A DNA stretch of 64,000 bases from Epiperipatus broadwayi (Eukaryota > Animalia > Onychophora): the NCBI GenBank assembly GCA_028023455.1, contig JAQFVV010000009.1:2914001-2978000 (forward strand), given 5' to 3'. The notes under the pieces were generated by a model, which made no database searches, had not been told where the DNA came from, and saw only the letters and a program-made list of their open reading frames with translations. Numbering within the stretch: the first letter of the stretch is position 1; each line of letters opens with the position of its first letter. The position numbers and the translations under genes were made by a program. Below, piece after piece: positions 38,901 to 54,322 of the stretch.

Positions 38901-41900
38901 AACTTTAAGTTCTAAGATATGCAAGATAAATATATATATATTGATTCAGAAAAACATGATCAATATGCTCAACCTGGAAAATGAGCTCATCAATAATAGA
39001 GGTATAGCTCTATGAGCTAATAGTGAATATCAATCATTAAGTAAATGGATATGCACTAAAAGGCCAGCTAATAAGCCACAATATCTACAAACCATAATTA
39101 TATGATGTATTAGTTATCATTCCTCAAAAGGATTCAAATTTTAAATCACCTGTTAGCTAGATTATATGTACTTGATGCCAAAGGTACATCAATGATAGCC
39201 ATACCAGATAAATCAACATATGTCAATGAGGAGAGAAAAAATAGTCTGAAATTAATGAACCTGGCTCAGATTTCCCATAGATAATGCAGATCTTTGGAAA
39301 GAAATAGAATTCTTGATTTTGATTGATGCATTTTAAAAATGATTAGAAGTGAATATTTTAATTTTTATTGTACATCAAGGCTACCATTGAATCACCAAAA
39401 ATACTGTAACAAACAACATTATGAAAGCTATTGTACTAACAATGAGAATATTATCACATTAACTTAATTCACCAAGTTCTTTGAAAGGAATGGTATTATC
39501 ATTGCCATTTCACACATAAATTAAGACAGGCTGAACTATTGATGAAAGAGATAAAAACAATCTACAGAAGAATTCAGATGATAGCTGAATACCCAAATGA
39601 GATAATGTTGTTGAAACTGCATTCAATGCCAATAACTGTTCACTAGGAATACCAGTTAACATATTAATGCAGAATTCTCTTAATACAAAGCTGTGCAATT
39701 GTAAATCTAAGTATTTAATGAAGACAGAAGTTTGAGTTTCAAATTGGCACTAGAGTATTCTGTCATATGTATAAAAATAAAACATGAGCTCCTACTACAA
39801 TAGCCATTATAAGAGGATATCATTTCTGATAGTGAATATACCTGAAGGCAAAATCTATCATTGTCATTGAGACTAAAGTGCATTTTAGCTAAAACTAGCC
39901 AGCACAGCTTAAAAAATTCTGAAAAAATTTTTTTTACATGACCAAAAAGATGACAGCATGATATCTACATCAGAGCATGTACCAGCATCTAGAAATTGCA
40001 GCAGTAAACTCTAGTCAACCAATTACAATCTCAGAAAAGTGTTACTTACCCATCAAGAAAGTAATCAAAATAAACAAGATTAACTGAAACAGAAGAAATA
40101 GATCCATTATCAAAAACAGTGGGTAGAAATACAAACCACCAGATACAGGAATATGAATTATCAATGAGTTAAATGTTTTTTATGGATTTTTATTTGTTCT
40201 TGGGGAAAGGGATGTAACAGAATTCCCAAATTAAATAAATTTGTCCTGTTTGAAGCATCAATCAGATAATTTTTTTTTACTTTTCCCAAGATTATTTTTT
40301 CGGGAATAGGTCTAAGTACCAATAACTATTTCATTGTCTTTTATTTTTATAAATTATACTGATTACCAATCTTGAACTAGAAAACATTTCCCCAAATATT
40401 GTTATTACAATTATACACTTTTGTTTATATTGTTCCACTCAATTCACTATAGTAAATGCTAGAAATATCAGATATGCATTTGTTTTTCAGTATCCATTAC
40501 CTCATTTGTTTGATTGTGAATTCAAAGTCACATGTCATAGAAATATGTATCTATCGTTTTTTGAACTCTTAATTTTTTGGCACTTATTATTTGACAAATC
40601 ATATTTATACAATTATTTACCTGTGCAATTTTTAAAAAAAAAATTGGATAAACAATAACAATTACCTCTTTTTTATAATTCTTACAATTCAGAAATACAA
40701 TAACTGTTTCCTTTACATTAGAAAGGATTAAAATTTCCTTACCCCAATATTTTTTCCTAAAAGTTTAAAAAAATATTTTTTGTGTGTGCGACATATATTC
40801 TATTAAAAATTCTTAACATTTTCATAAATATATAAAGCAATAAAATTTGTCATAAGAAAACAAATGTCATTTAATGACATTAAAATTCAACACATTATAG
40901 ACACACACACACACACATTTTGCAAATAATAGAGGAATGATTTGAATTATAATATCTGAATTTTATTTAAAGGTAATGATTAAATTATCATTTTTTGTAT
41001 ACTCTATTTCAGTAAACAATCATTTAAGTGCTTTTCTTTAACTATTAATAGATTCATATTCTATTTATTTTTTTCTGGTTCCTTAAAAAGTTCACTGTAA
41101 ATGATTTTATAGTTATACTTGAAATGAACTTAGCACTTTTTTTTTTAAGTTTCTTATTTATACATTATTAATTTGAAAATAGATTGAATTTAGTTGTATC
41201 TAAAAAGAAAACAATCTGAAAGGAAAAAATAAATCCTAAGTATGATAAAAAAAAAAAAATCATAGAATTTAAAATCAGAACCATATTTAGAAACTGAAAA
41301 TCAAAAAGATATCAAATTTTGTAAAAAGATAACTATATAGTAATAAAATCAGAATTTATTTCATACTCTATCTTAAATGATTTTTGTTGCTGTTTTTTTT
41401 TTTTTAAATTTAATTTTCAAAATTACTTTATCAAAGTCAAAAAATAAAATTCATTTAAGAATAATGTGCATTATACAGGTTGTAAATCAAGAGAAATATA
41501 AAAATTATGGTCTAGAAATAAATATATCAACAAAAAATGTGTTAGATATCACAATGGAATATTAGAAAATGGATAACAGATTGGAAAATGTGAAATAACT
41601 AGGCATGAATGTCATACAAAGGGGATAAATATAGTCTAGAAATAAATATATCAACAAAAAATGTGTATTAGGATATTACAATGGAATATTGGAAAACATG
41701 AAAAATATATATTAGGCATGAATATCATACAAATAAGAAACATCAATAAATCATATGGCACAGTAGTAAAAAAGTATCATTATATAGAATAGTGAAGTTT
41801 GATAGTTGAATGTTAATACAAAAATAAATTGACCACTTGAAATGGATTATGGCAAAGATTTATAGAAAAGGTGAGAAGAGAATGAATAATAAAAGAAATC

Positions 41901-44874
41901 AGAACACCCCGATTAGGATATTATAAATATATAGAGGATATCTAAAAAAAAATATTAATAAAAAGGACATCCAAAAAGAAGTCAATAAGGAAGATAAGTA
42001 AAATAAGACATTTAACTTAAAGAGCAAAGATTAATTTTAATATATCCATCAAATGTCAATTTACTACATACAAAATCAAAATTTAACATCTTTCCTTTTT
42101 TTGTTTAACTTGGTTAAAAGATTTTTGTGACTATACTAGTCACAAAATTCTAAATCAGAACATTCATGTCCAAACAGTTTTGTTTACAAGTTCAGATACC
42201 TCTACCATTACCAAAAAGATTAAATAAATGTTTTTAATGAAATATTATCTATCAGTCTTAAATATGTTTGGTCAATTTTTGCCAAAAATATATTTTAAAA
42301 TGACTCATAGTTTTCATCAAGAGAAAATGTTAAAAATCTATATTAAATCTTCAAAACATCGTTTTTTTTTTACAATACATAATTTTATTCATCAAAAAAT
42401 ACGTTAAAATATCACTTTTCTTGATAAAATTTATTTTATTAGCATAAACCATGAAAATTTTTTAATAATTACCTTTACATTTAGATCATAGTCTATGGTT
42501 CTTGTCATAAGAATAATTTATTCATGGTATAAAAAAAAAAGCAGAGAATAACATTGAACAATATATTATTCATATATATATATATTTGTATATGTGAATA
42601 TATTGTTTATGGTAATGTTGGTTTGATAAAAGACAACCTATTTAAGTAGCCTAGAGAGTTAATCAGCCTAATATTTACATTGGTTTATTATAGTGTATTC
42701 TTGGAAAGTCTATGCCAAAAAATAGCAATAAAAAAATTTTGTGCAAAGCTATTCTTAGAATGTAGTTCTTCCAATAAAAATATGTACTTTATTTTAAATG
42801 TACATTGTTTTCTTTAGAATGTATATATATATAGGTATATTATTTAATATTTCTAGTTTTTTTTTTTCCAGTAATTAATATCTTTGTGAAAAGGACTACA
42901 GAATATGATTGAAACAATGAAAATTGATTTTTTATGATACAAGTTTTGCCAAAAAATATATGCTTGGATTTAAATGATACACAATAAAATATGGATATGT
43001 AAAGTTTTATTTCCCCAAATAAAGACATGGTAATGAATGGAAATTATAAAAATAATTAATTTTAGTAAATTTAACTGCTACTTACATTGTTAATAAGAGA
43101 GAATGAAGACACATTTTTCTTAATATAAAAGTTTACTTACTTATCGGCTGTTTGTCAATATGGAAATTTTTGACGTGAATGACTGCTTTACAATTTATTT
43201 GTGGGGTGTAGAATTTTGAATGGATTTTTTTGTTTATATTTAGCCAAATATATGCCTCAAATAAGATTGCAATTTTCTTGATGTTAAAATAAAGATATGT
43301 TTGTAATTAAATTTCTCTGTTTTATGAATCTGATGGTCTAATTTCTAAAATTATGAAAAATGTTTAATGTATTAGTTTTATTTTTGCAATCACAGATTTA
43401 AACCATAAGTTACAATCAATATATGATACCAGCTTAAATTTTTGTGCCTCAATTTCAAAAATTTTTTTTTTAAAGTAAACAAGTATCCACATCAGTACCT
43501 TTCTAGTTGTCTGTATTTTGCAAAAATCAAATTGACTTGTATAAGTTTTATACTCCTTTTTAGATTAGTGGTATCTCATACCACATGTAGTTTAAATCTA
43601 AGTTTTCTCTATGTTTGCAAATTACAGCTATTTTTTCTACTTTTTTTAATAAATATTATAATACTTATTGTAAATAATGTTTACAATTATTACATTATAA
43701 ATAGTTTGTAAGAAAGCAACTAATTGATTTCAGTTAGAAGCTATTTACACAAAAGTAATTTTATTTCTCCATTTTTGCAATTTTATGGTTATATATATTT
43801 TTGCAAATATTATAATAATAAAAAAATCAAATTTGAAACAATTTGCTTTGTTACAGCATTTACATTATAAAAACGTTATAGCCATTGCAGGTTAAAAGGA
43901 GTTGTATCTTTCATTATAGTCAGAGATCTTATCATATTGAAAAAAATATTTTCAAGATCTTTTAGAACTTGTACCATTAGTAAGAATTAATAATTAAATT
44001 AGACATTTTAAAGTTTTTATCAATGTATATTTCATCTTAGTTCAATCCTATTGCAACTATCAATCAATCCAGAAATCAAACTATTCTCTCTCACTATGGA
44101 TGCATTTTTGAAATATCCATTTCACCTTTTCAAATGAGCAAGTTTAACTTCATGTACACATTTTTTACATACTTAAATTTAACTTCATATGTATATATTT
44201 CAATCTTTTATTCCAGCCATATTCAAATATTTTTTTTTTCAGAACATTTTCTACATTATATGGGCCAAAATATAGTACACTATTACTCATAATATAAAAA
44301 ATAAACCTAAATGTGTCCAAGTATTTATTCAAAAATTAATGACTTTTGATATTATAATTGCAACATGCTATTTTAATACATTCTTTGTATATTTAATTTT
44401 AGAATATAAATTGCAGATAGGTTGATGTGATATGAGCCGCATTTGGGCACACTTTTGTAGTCTTGTATTTTTCAAGTATTAATTTCTCAAATTTTGCATA
44501 CTTTTTTTACTCTTTTTAAAAAATAATCTCCAGTTCAAATTGATTTTACACTTGATCAATTTGTGAAATAGTTTTGCATAATCACATTGCACAATAGCTA
44601 GTTATATATTAATTACTGTTTCTAAATATCAGGGATTTTCTACAAGCGGTAGACAATGCTTAATAGTTCTTAAATCCTGAAATCTGCTCTTAAATCCCTT
44701 GTTTAAAACAACTAAATAATTTGAAATATAATTTTTTGAAGGAATGTCAATACCATTCTATTTAGCTTTTATTGTTGTTGTTGCTATGTATATGTTCAAA
44801 ACATATATATATATATTACAAGGAATAAAGTTAATAACAGTAGAAATATATTTTGTTTAATAAATATATTAATT

Positions 44875-45039
44875 ATATCTATATTGTGCTAAAACACAAC
44901 TACGTGAAGCTACAATAAAAGAAAAAACCAAAATATAAATGTTAAGTGCTTTCAGGAACATCTGCCCAAAAGCATTTATATTTTGGTTTTTTCTTTTATT
45001 GTAGCTTCACGTAGTTGAGTTTTAGCATAATATAGATAT
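44875..45039. repeat. Near-perfect 67-bp inverted repeat
   Basis: Arms 44875-44941 and 44973-45039 with 2 mismatches by eye; 31-nt spacer. Confidence 0.9.
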
Positions 45040-46350
45040 TACTGAATATAAGTGAAGTAGAAATAAAATATTACATTAATTATATAAAAAAGTCAACATT
45101 AAATATTTTGTCAGATAAAATTTAATTAATACTTAATCATTTATAAAACTAATTAACATATTTTACCTGACATAAATTTTTTCTATTTAGTAATGAGTAT
45201 TTTTTATATCAATAATACATTTTATTAAAAGCAAAATATATTTCTATTATTTACTTTATTATATAAATGTGTTTTGAACCCTGGCATAATAGTTGAAAAA
45301 ATATAGAATATTTAGTTTTGTATTTCCTTGTAATGGATGCTTATTTTCTCATTAATTATATTCTTAATTAATTAGTATTTCCTTTAATTCGATATAATGA
45401 CTCATTTCCCATATCTATTTTTGCCACATAAAAGTGTGCATGCACTGCACTTTTCAAAAACAAATACTTCATTTGCCATACAATGAAATTATTTTTTCAG
45501 CTTAAAAACATTGAGTTCACCAAGTTTTTCTGTAATATTGCACAGAAAGGTTAAGGGACCCATCATCCATTATTTTCAAATTCTCTGTAAACTTTATTTT
45601 GCAGAAATAAAATAATTTCTTGCTGCAAAAGAAAAATGCCATTGCACCAAGGTATTTAAAAGAATGAAACCATAATTATAATTCATTTTTATTTCTAATT
45701 ATCTTGAAAAACACTATTGTCATCAGATATTATTTGTAATTAAATGAGTTTGACATAAAACAATGTTTCAAAACAGTCATAAGTTTTCTATAGTGACACC
45801 TGAAATTATAAAAAAACAACTGTCAAATATTGACAAAATTAAACACATGTAGTGAATGCAGTTTCTGATTAAAGCATGAAGTGGGTAGGTGCTGCACATC
45901 TCAAGATTTTAAAACTTAGATTAATGACTGGGTTTTGGGTCACACATAAAAGCTCAGCAGGCCACAAGTTGAGCATGGTTATTCTATTCCATCACATTCT
46001 TGAAACATGACTAAAAACATGCGAAAAAGATAAATGATTCCCAAATTCCCATTCTGTGCTGATCACAATCTCTTACACCTATCTTCAATTGTTTAATATT
46101 ATATAGATAGGAAATTATTAGTTTAATTACAAATGTCAAATTTTCTACACACAGCTTTGACAAACCACTATATGTAAATATATTAATATTATAATTAATT
46201 ATTTATTAAGCTAGAGAATATCCCCAAGCCCAAATATACACTTTAAATCTCACTTAATGAATAGTTTGTTTATAGTGTTATAGAAGTATCAACACCTGAG
46301 TTTCCTTGCTCATGTTAAATTTCAATGTTTTTATTAATTAAGGTAATACA

Positions 46351-46703
46351 TAGTTGTATTTATATATTGGACTATTTCCATAATCTGAGTATTGAATATC
46401 TTTAGAAAAATTTAACTTTATTTAAATATTCCAAATACAGTTAATAATAGCACATCAAACAGGCTAGTATATGCACAACATTTTGAGAGATATTATTCTT
46501 TCCCTTCTTTGGGTGTTGCTCATCTGACTAGCGATACCTGAAGAGAAGAGGAGAATAATACCTCTCAAAATGTTGTGCATAAATTAACCTGTTTGATGTG
46601 CTATTACTAACAGTTGAATGTATTTGAATAAAGTTAAATTTTTCTAAAGACATTCAATACTCATATTAGATAGTGGAAATAGTCCAATATATAAATATAA
46701 CTA
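46351..46703. repeat. About 350-bp imperfect foldback
   Basis: Inverted arms of about 150 bp, with pairing continuing into the centre (GGTGTTGCT/AGCGATACC, 9-nt loop). Confidence 0.85.
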
Positions 46704-49458
46704 AAACACCATCATCACATATCTTCAGGAAAACACAAGATAATACATATATTTTATTTTATAGTTCTGGTGCATAACTTATTCATTTGATTATAAAAGA
46801 GAATATAACTAAAAATTATATTTTAATTTGTTGTTTGCCATTATTTTTTATATACCTTAATTTTACTTTTTATATAAAATAAAATTAGGCATATTTCTTA
46901 AAACTTGCTCTTTAATTTATTATTAGTTCAATTGGATTCATTTGAGATCTTCATATAGATTCATAAACAGAAATTAATTAAAATAAGTACAGAGAAAGAA
47001 TACAATTCTTAATCATGAACTTCAAAAATCAGAATTTTGTTAATTGCTTGATAAAAGGGAAAAAGTGATATAAGACATTTTGAATATGAAGTAAAATTAT
47101 TTGCAACAAAAATTGCTTGTATTATGTAAGGTATAATGTTCTGGCATCAATGTAACAAACTAAGCCCACCAATTCCATTTAATTTACTAAAAAAAAATTT
47201 GTTTCAGCTGATAAGGGATCCAGGAGCCTGTAACTTTTTAGTTCCCTATAGGGTTAGTTCTCATAGCATACTAAATACCATTTAAATAATATATGGATGA
47301 ATATAAATTACTCATGAAGAAAACCTTGTTTTCAAGAAATTAGCAAAGACATTGAATAATAACTTGAAGAAGTCATGGAAAATGGATGGCATTATCTTAA
47401 TATGGATGTATAAAATGTTATCATAAAAAAAAAATCACTTTTAATCCTCAAAATATTCAAATTATTCTACAGCTATAATACTACCATAGCGTAATGATTG
47501 GGTATGGGTGTTCAAATTATGACAGTATAACTATCATGGTTCACACTTGGAAGAAGACAGTCTAATTAAAAGATTCTTTTAACCTTTTCCAATAGAAAAA
47601 GTGAAATATTTATTGGTCCATATATTTTTTAGTTATATATTGTCTAACTCTTGTTCATGGCATTATTTATTCTGTATTAGAGTATTTACATCAGAAAACA
47701 TTAGCTTTGAAATGAAAGCTCTATATCCATTGTAAAACTCCTTAGAAATCAGTTGCCATTGCGGTGTTGTTATGTGTTACCCATTCTAATGGTTTATTCT
47801 AATAGTTTGTATTTTTGATTAATTCTTTATAAAATTTATCAATGCCAGTTAGAACAGTAATTTCCAAACATAATTGATTCTATTTAAAATCTTTAATTAA
47901 TTAATGCAATTATCATTCTTGAGATTGTCAATTTTAAGATAAATCTTTGTTTAAAAAAAAAAATTAAATGCCAATGATAAAATATTAGATAAGAGACATA
48001 AATAAGATTTAAAAATAGATATAATGCTAATTAAATTCAAAACAAAAAAATATTTTATGTAAAATTAACCAAATAGTCAAAAAGTTAATTTAGTATATTT
48101 TGCTCCCTTTATTTGTACATAATAATTATTTAGGAGAATTCACTAGTTTTATTTTTTTAATTAATTGGCTGGAAAATTTCTCCCAAAACTAGAATAATTT
48201 TTTTTAAAAAAAATTAGTTATTAAAAAGTTGTTCAAGAGATATATAAAAAGACCAATCATGTAATAAATAATAACTGTGTCTACAAAATCTGATGAAATA
48301 GTATTTTGTATTTAATCAAGTGTTATGGTTGAGTATTAACTAGTAAGATCTTCATATGTTACAGATCTTACAAGTCACTGAAATTCTTAAGATAATGTTT
48401 AACAGTCTCAATTAAATATGTATTATTAATTCCAGAGTTTACAATATAGTAAACTATTATAAGCATATTATTTTAATTCAAATAACAGAAGTGATCAAAT
48501 TGAAATTTAAATATTTAATTCAAAACTCTCAAGAAATTCTATGCTTTTCATTGCTGCTTACTAGCTAATAATAAATTGATATATTCCCAAATTTTATTAT
48601 TGATATATTATAGAACAATTACTATAATTGCATAAACATTGAAAACTTCAAAAGCTGCTTTCAAATCTACACCCATAAAATATATCTCTTCCTCACATAA
48701 ATAACAAAAGCAGAAACTGAGAAAGAATTATACTGTTATCTTAATTTTTTTTCTTTCACATTTATACTATGCAATATTATTTTATTTTTCATCAATTGCA
48801 ACAGTCACTGTATTAAATACATATTAGCATCGTAAAAATTTATGTAGGGAGAAATGGATATATTTTAAATGTTGATGGTAATTTAAAATTATAATATGTA
48901 AATTTGTTTAACTTTCCCTAACTAATATAGTTAGCTTTAAATATAAAAGCTTTGATATGTAATGACTCTTCAAAATTAAAAAATACAAAAATAGAAATAA
49001 GCACATTGATACTGGATGTATTAAAAAAACAAAAACCAATCGGATCGACAAGTATAATTCAATAATTTAAATTATGTATTAAGAATAAATATTATTTTAT
49101 GATACTGCTATAAGCAAACAACACATACTAATAATTATTCTAGGTTTATTCCAAGAATTTATCAGGTAACACATGTTAACACTAATTTAAAATTTCTCTC
49201 ATTTATAGATATCACATTTAAAAAAATAAAACATAATTATTTAATAAAAAATTTTAAACTGTAAATGAGAATAAAATCTAATTGATTTTATAAATCTAGA
49301 TTAGTAAATACATTCTACTGATGTTAACTATAAATTAAACCATTATTGAAAAAGTTTGAAATATAAAACTTATGAATCATTTCATAAGTTTTTAACATCG
49401 CATTTGCAATGATAATCAAACTTTTGTAAGATGAAAATAATGTATTAAATCAGATATA

Positions 49459-50618
49459 CACCTGGGTCTCGTTTTACGCAATAGATAGGTTCCTCAGAAA
49501 ACACACGCAAACGAAATCTCGCAAAAATAGACGTAACTTACATTGAAAAAGGGGGGATGCGGTCTGTGATTTTTCAAAATTCGCGTAAAAGCAAAGCACC
49601 AACGTAAAATTACTTTAAAATTCGCGCAAAAAAAAAAATAAGGAAATAAAATTTGACTAATAAAAAATTTCAAATTTGAAAAAAATTGATACAAGACAAA
49701 CTTTTTAAACTATTTTTTAACTATAATATTTAATTTTATTCAAAACAATATGTATTTTTATGCATACATTTTTTAATACACGTTTTAATTATTATCGCTA
49801 TTTACCGGTAAACAAGTTCGTTTGCAAACTGGTTTTTGATTCTTCACAAGAGGAAATACAACTAGCACCAACTTCACACTCATGTTGTGTTGTTTTCTGG
49901 TGACAACATAATTAGTAATTAATCTTTGAGATGATGATTTTATTAAATGTTTATGAACGCGATTTCCAGACATACAACCATTTAGCTCTCCTTGGAATTT
50001 AAGAGCACGTTCATGATTAGTGTCATTTATAAGAAAATAATTTGCCAACTGATTAGAAAGTTGAAGACCTCGAATCATCCACTTCTGTTTCATTATCTTT
50101 TTCTACATTTTCTTCTATATCTAAACTTTTATTTTTGTCTTTGATTTTTTAATTTTCAATTCCGTTTAAAAATCAAATTTCGTTTCACTGCTATTACTCA
50201 CTGTTTAAAAATAAACTTGCGGACACTAAATGATTAATAATTGATTACGTTCTTTTTAAAAAAGCAAAAACAGAATGTGATTTAAAATGCAAAATTAACA
50301 CACACAATGTTTGAACAAATTTACATTATAATCTTGTAAAATTTAATGTGTATACATAAAATGTGGAAATCATAATTTTAATTTCATTATTGCATAAAAT
50401 CTTACTATTATAAAGCACTGAAAATATTGAAATTACTAAGATGAAAATCGAATTCCAATAATGTGCCATTACTTTCAATAAACATAAGTGCACGAAATTT
50501 ATTATTTAAAGTAATAGTGCATTATCGGAGTTCGACTTCCAGTTCAACTTTGGTGAAACACGAATCGCGTAACTTTAAAATCATGTTAAATAAGTCCGCG
50601 TAAAAAGAGACCCAGGTG
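49459..50618 (-). mobile_element. pogo/Tigger internally deleted DNA transposon
   Basis: 21-bp TIRs CACCTGGGTCTC(G/T)TTTTACGC with TA TSDs; remnant resembling a Tigger transposase C-terminus at 49785-50093. Confidence 0.88.
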
Positions 50619-53408
50619 TACTTAAAATTCTACGTAATTTCAAAATAATATCCCAAAATTTAATTATGATTTATGTCATAACAATAATTTTGACTGTTTA
50701 CATTTATGTTTTATAAGTCAATGAATGCTGTTCATCCATTTTGGAAAGTTAACAAGATAATTCAAAATTATATGTATATGTTTCAGGTAGGAAAAAAATA
50801 TTCTCTGCATTTAAACATTTTAATGATAGAAAAGATTGTTAGAATAATGTTTAATTCCTAGAAGTTAGCCTATAATTAGAATAAAATTATGTGTTGAATA
50901 TTTATATAAATAAATGATTCTTACATTTGTATGCATAGCTGATATTTATCCACAGAGAAAAATATCTTGCCCTATGTCATGTTCTCTATTAAAATATCAT
51001 TTCAAAAATATTTTATTACAAAAATAAATTCAATTTATCTGCTCAAGAAATTGTCTCGCAATTGGTTTTAAGTTATTATTACTTGGCAATATGAAACAAT
51101 GTGATTCATCTAAATTGGCTCTTGACAGAATGTGAAATATATTCAAGAATTGAGACTTACACAACGCATTCAACTGAGTCTGATAACTTTTATTTTGAAT
51201 TAAATGAACAGCTATTTTTCCACTTGCAGTTTATTTTATTTCTAAAATGTCTTTATAACTATCTAAATGTATATTCAATTTTATACTTTTTAATTAAATA
51301 TATAACTAGCAATACATATGTAATGTATGTGTCCTTATCAGTCAGTGGATGCACTAATACATTTACAGTTCAAGAATTATAAGCTGCATACCATATGATA
51401 CTAATGTAAACGTAAATAAAATAATAAGGAATCAAACATGAATTATACATCAATAAATAATAATTTATAAAATTCAGTATTATTAAAAATAAATATTGAT
51501 GAATTCAAACAGCATATAATATTAAGTGATATCATAAAAAGAAATGAATGATTTTGAAAGTTTGTAGCCTTTAATAAAACTAGAATAGAATCTTTATATA
51601 ATCAATATTCAATGTTTAGAAGTGGTAGAAAATAGTCAATTCTATGATATAATAATTTTGGTCAATATCTAATTGATCAGTTTATAATAAATCAATTATA
51701 CATATTCCTGTATAACAGACAATTTTTATTTTATAAGAATTTGAATTATTAATCATAAAAGAATCTTATAAGACCCTGAATCTAGTTATGAAATTTATTA
51801 AATGTGTTGATGATCAAGGAAGAAAATGAAGAACAAACAAGAGGTTGGCTATGTACTAAAGAATGATTTGAAGACAAAGGATATATGTACTAAAGAATGA
51901 TTTGAAGACAAAGGATATTAAAACATTCCTAAGTCTTAACACTGATAGTCATTACCATATTTTATTAATGTGTGGTTTTTATCATTAAAATAAATGGAAA
52001 GATATTGAATTCAATTCACAAAATCTTCTTAAAATAAATGGAAAGAGATTGAATTCAATTCACAAAATATTCTAAGTTCTGCATGAGCTTAATGATACTT
52101 GTCTAAAGAAGAGATTGACCAAGATATTTCCATAATTAGAATCAAATTCTATATCTAAATAAACTGTAAATATTAACCCATATAGAATAATTCTTTCCAG
52201 TTATCAGCTAGTTAAATTAAGGCATCTTTGTTCATATTCTGGATCATATCTATCTTTCTCATCACATCAGAATAATAGATGCTGTGGAGGCAAGATATCC
52301 TTGAAATTTTTTTTATGTGTGTGAATATGTATGAAGAGTTTCATGGATAATGCATCTGCACTCCATATTTGTAGCATGAGATTTGAATCCAAACTGAGTA
52401 AAACTTGGAAATGTTTCTGATTCCAATAGGTTTAGCTATTATTTGACAATTCAGATAATCACTCAAATTTAGATAGTAAATAAATAAATAAAACCTTTCA
52501 ATTATTTTATCCTGAATCGGGTAACAATCACTTTTGAAAAAAATCCATCTAAATTAATTTTTGAAACTTAACAGCAAGTCCATCTTATTATAAAAATAAT
52601 CACAAATTTATATGAGGTGTACCAAAAAATAAAGAAACAAATAATTCTATCTGAAATTTTATTAATTGCATTTAAACATTTATATTTTTATTAAAAAAAG
52701 AGCATTTAAAACCATGTTATATACAGAGGTAAGCTGTCATTTCTTATCGCATCACAGACAAGATGGATCTGCCATCTCCCTAAGAGTGGACATGATCTTT
52801 TTAAAAAATGAATTCTCCATCACACTAGCTCTCCAAAGCTGGCTGGAACAATGTGAGGAGGATTGTGCGGTAATAAGGGTTTAAAAATCAGAAATGTAGC
52901 TTTTCCCTTACCAAGGTCACTCTAGTTATTGTGGCCACAATACTGTAGACTCATGTCTACTTTATCTACACACCTTTGTAGTAAAAAAAATATTGAATAT
53001 CAACAATAAGACATTGGGAGGTGAGGTGCGCCACCTACGTACATCACCTATGAAAGCCAAAGGAAGTCTACAACAAATCCGATGATGCATCTTTGTCAAC
53101 AAAAACCACGCCCACTAACTTTTTTTGTTTTTTAATTTTTGGAATGAATACGTAAATACATCATGACACGGAAAGTCAAATAACTGATTGTTTATATAGG
53201 TGACTGGTTGAGTGTTTATACAGGTAACTGATTTGAATGTTTATACATGATGGCCCAACAAACTAGGATGTTGCCAGAGTTCTTTTTTTTTTTTTTATTA
53301 TTATTTTTTTAAAATAATTTTTAAAAAAGTAGAAAATTATATACTAAACAAATATCTGAAGTAAATATGTTTAAACACATCATAAGTTCAAAAACCAGAT
53401 GAAACTTC

Positions 53409-53495
53409 TCAAAGCCAAGTGAGAAGATTATCAAGTTTATTGGTATTGAGAACTGCTTCTACATCTGTGATGTCAATATCGGTACTCAACTCCTC
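53409..53495 (-). CDS. yki: Yorkie/YAP terminal coding exon with C-terminal PDZ-binding motif
   Basis: Poly-T+GATAG acceptor, then EELSTDIDITDVEAVLNTNKLDNLLTWL-TGA (compare YAP1 ...ESFLTWL*). Phase 0, consistent with the previous exon. Confidence 0.95.
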   Translation of the reverse strand, partial: EELSTDIDITDVEAVLNTNKLDNLLTWL

Positions 53496-54035
53496 CTATC
53501 AAAAAAAAAAAAAAAGAACAATATGATTCTATGCATATATATATATATTTAAAAAAATATGCACATATATATAATATTTTATTTTCACTGAATGAGATTA
53601 GCTAAATTCTTGAGACTTTTACAGGTAAATTTGATACTTGATCAAAATGTGTTGACTAATAAAAACAATGCTCTACATTTCAAAATGGCTAATAAACTTT
53701 GTTTTTAAACACAAAGAAAAAAAAAAAATCACTTTTTTTTAAAAAAGGAGATTATTACTTTAGCAAATAAATTTAAAACGTACACTAAAAAAGTATAAGA
53801 AATGGATCCCAGCTATTAAGTAAAAAATTTAGTGAATTAGGTCTTTTTTCCCACATACAATATAGACAAATTGAGATATTTACATGGTAAGCCAATAGTT
53901 ACTGTATCATAATATTACTTTACTAATACAATTAAAAAAACAAAATAAATTAGAAGGTTTGAACTGAGACTTCAAGCTCCCTACAGCTATTCTCTCTGTC
54001 TTCTATAACTGATACACATGACCACTTACACGTGA

Positions 54036-54110
54036 AAAAGATAAATGATCTCCAATATATGTATTTCATGCTGAACTAGCACTCATCAGTTGGTCCAGAT
54101 CATCATTTCC
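54036..54110 (-). ncRNA. Type I hammerhead ribozyme, sense to the yki pre-mRNA
   Basis: Reverse complement: ATGATC-TGGA-CCAA-CTGATGA-GTGCT AGTTC AGCAT-GAAA-T ACAT A-TA^TTGG-A-GATCAT. All conserved core nucleotides are present. Confidence 0.8.
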
Positions 54111-54322
54111 CACACGCATATATAATCAGTGCTTAAGGTCCTATATGTGAGGGGCCAGAATGACTTAAAGTCAACATGGCTATGACAATAAGATTGGCAA
54201 TTAACAAGGGCTGTGAGCATTCAATCATCAGATTTTCAAAGATATGGATAGCTGAGGAGTTAGAGGGTCGAGAAGATCGAGTCTGTCCATTAAACTGAGC
54301 ACTGATTATATATGTGTGTGGG

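Noticed and set aside
46005-46075. Remnant resembling the family A 3' stem (GAAAAAGATAAATGATTCCCAA)
   Set aside because: Too decayed; no catalytic core recoverable.
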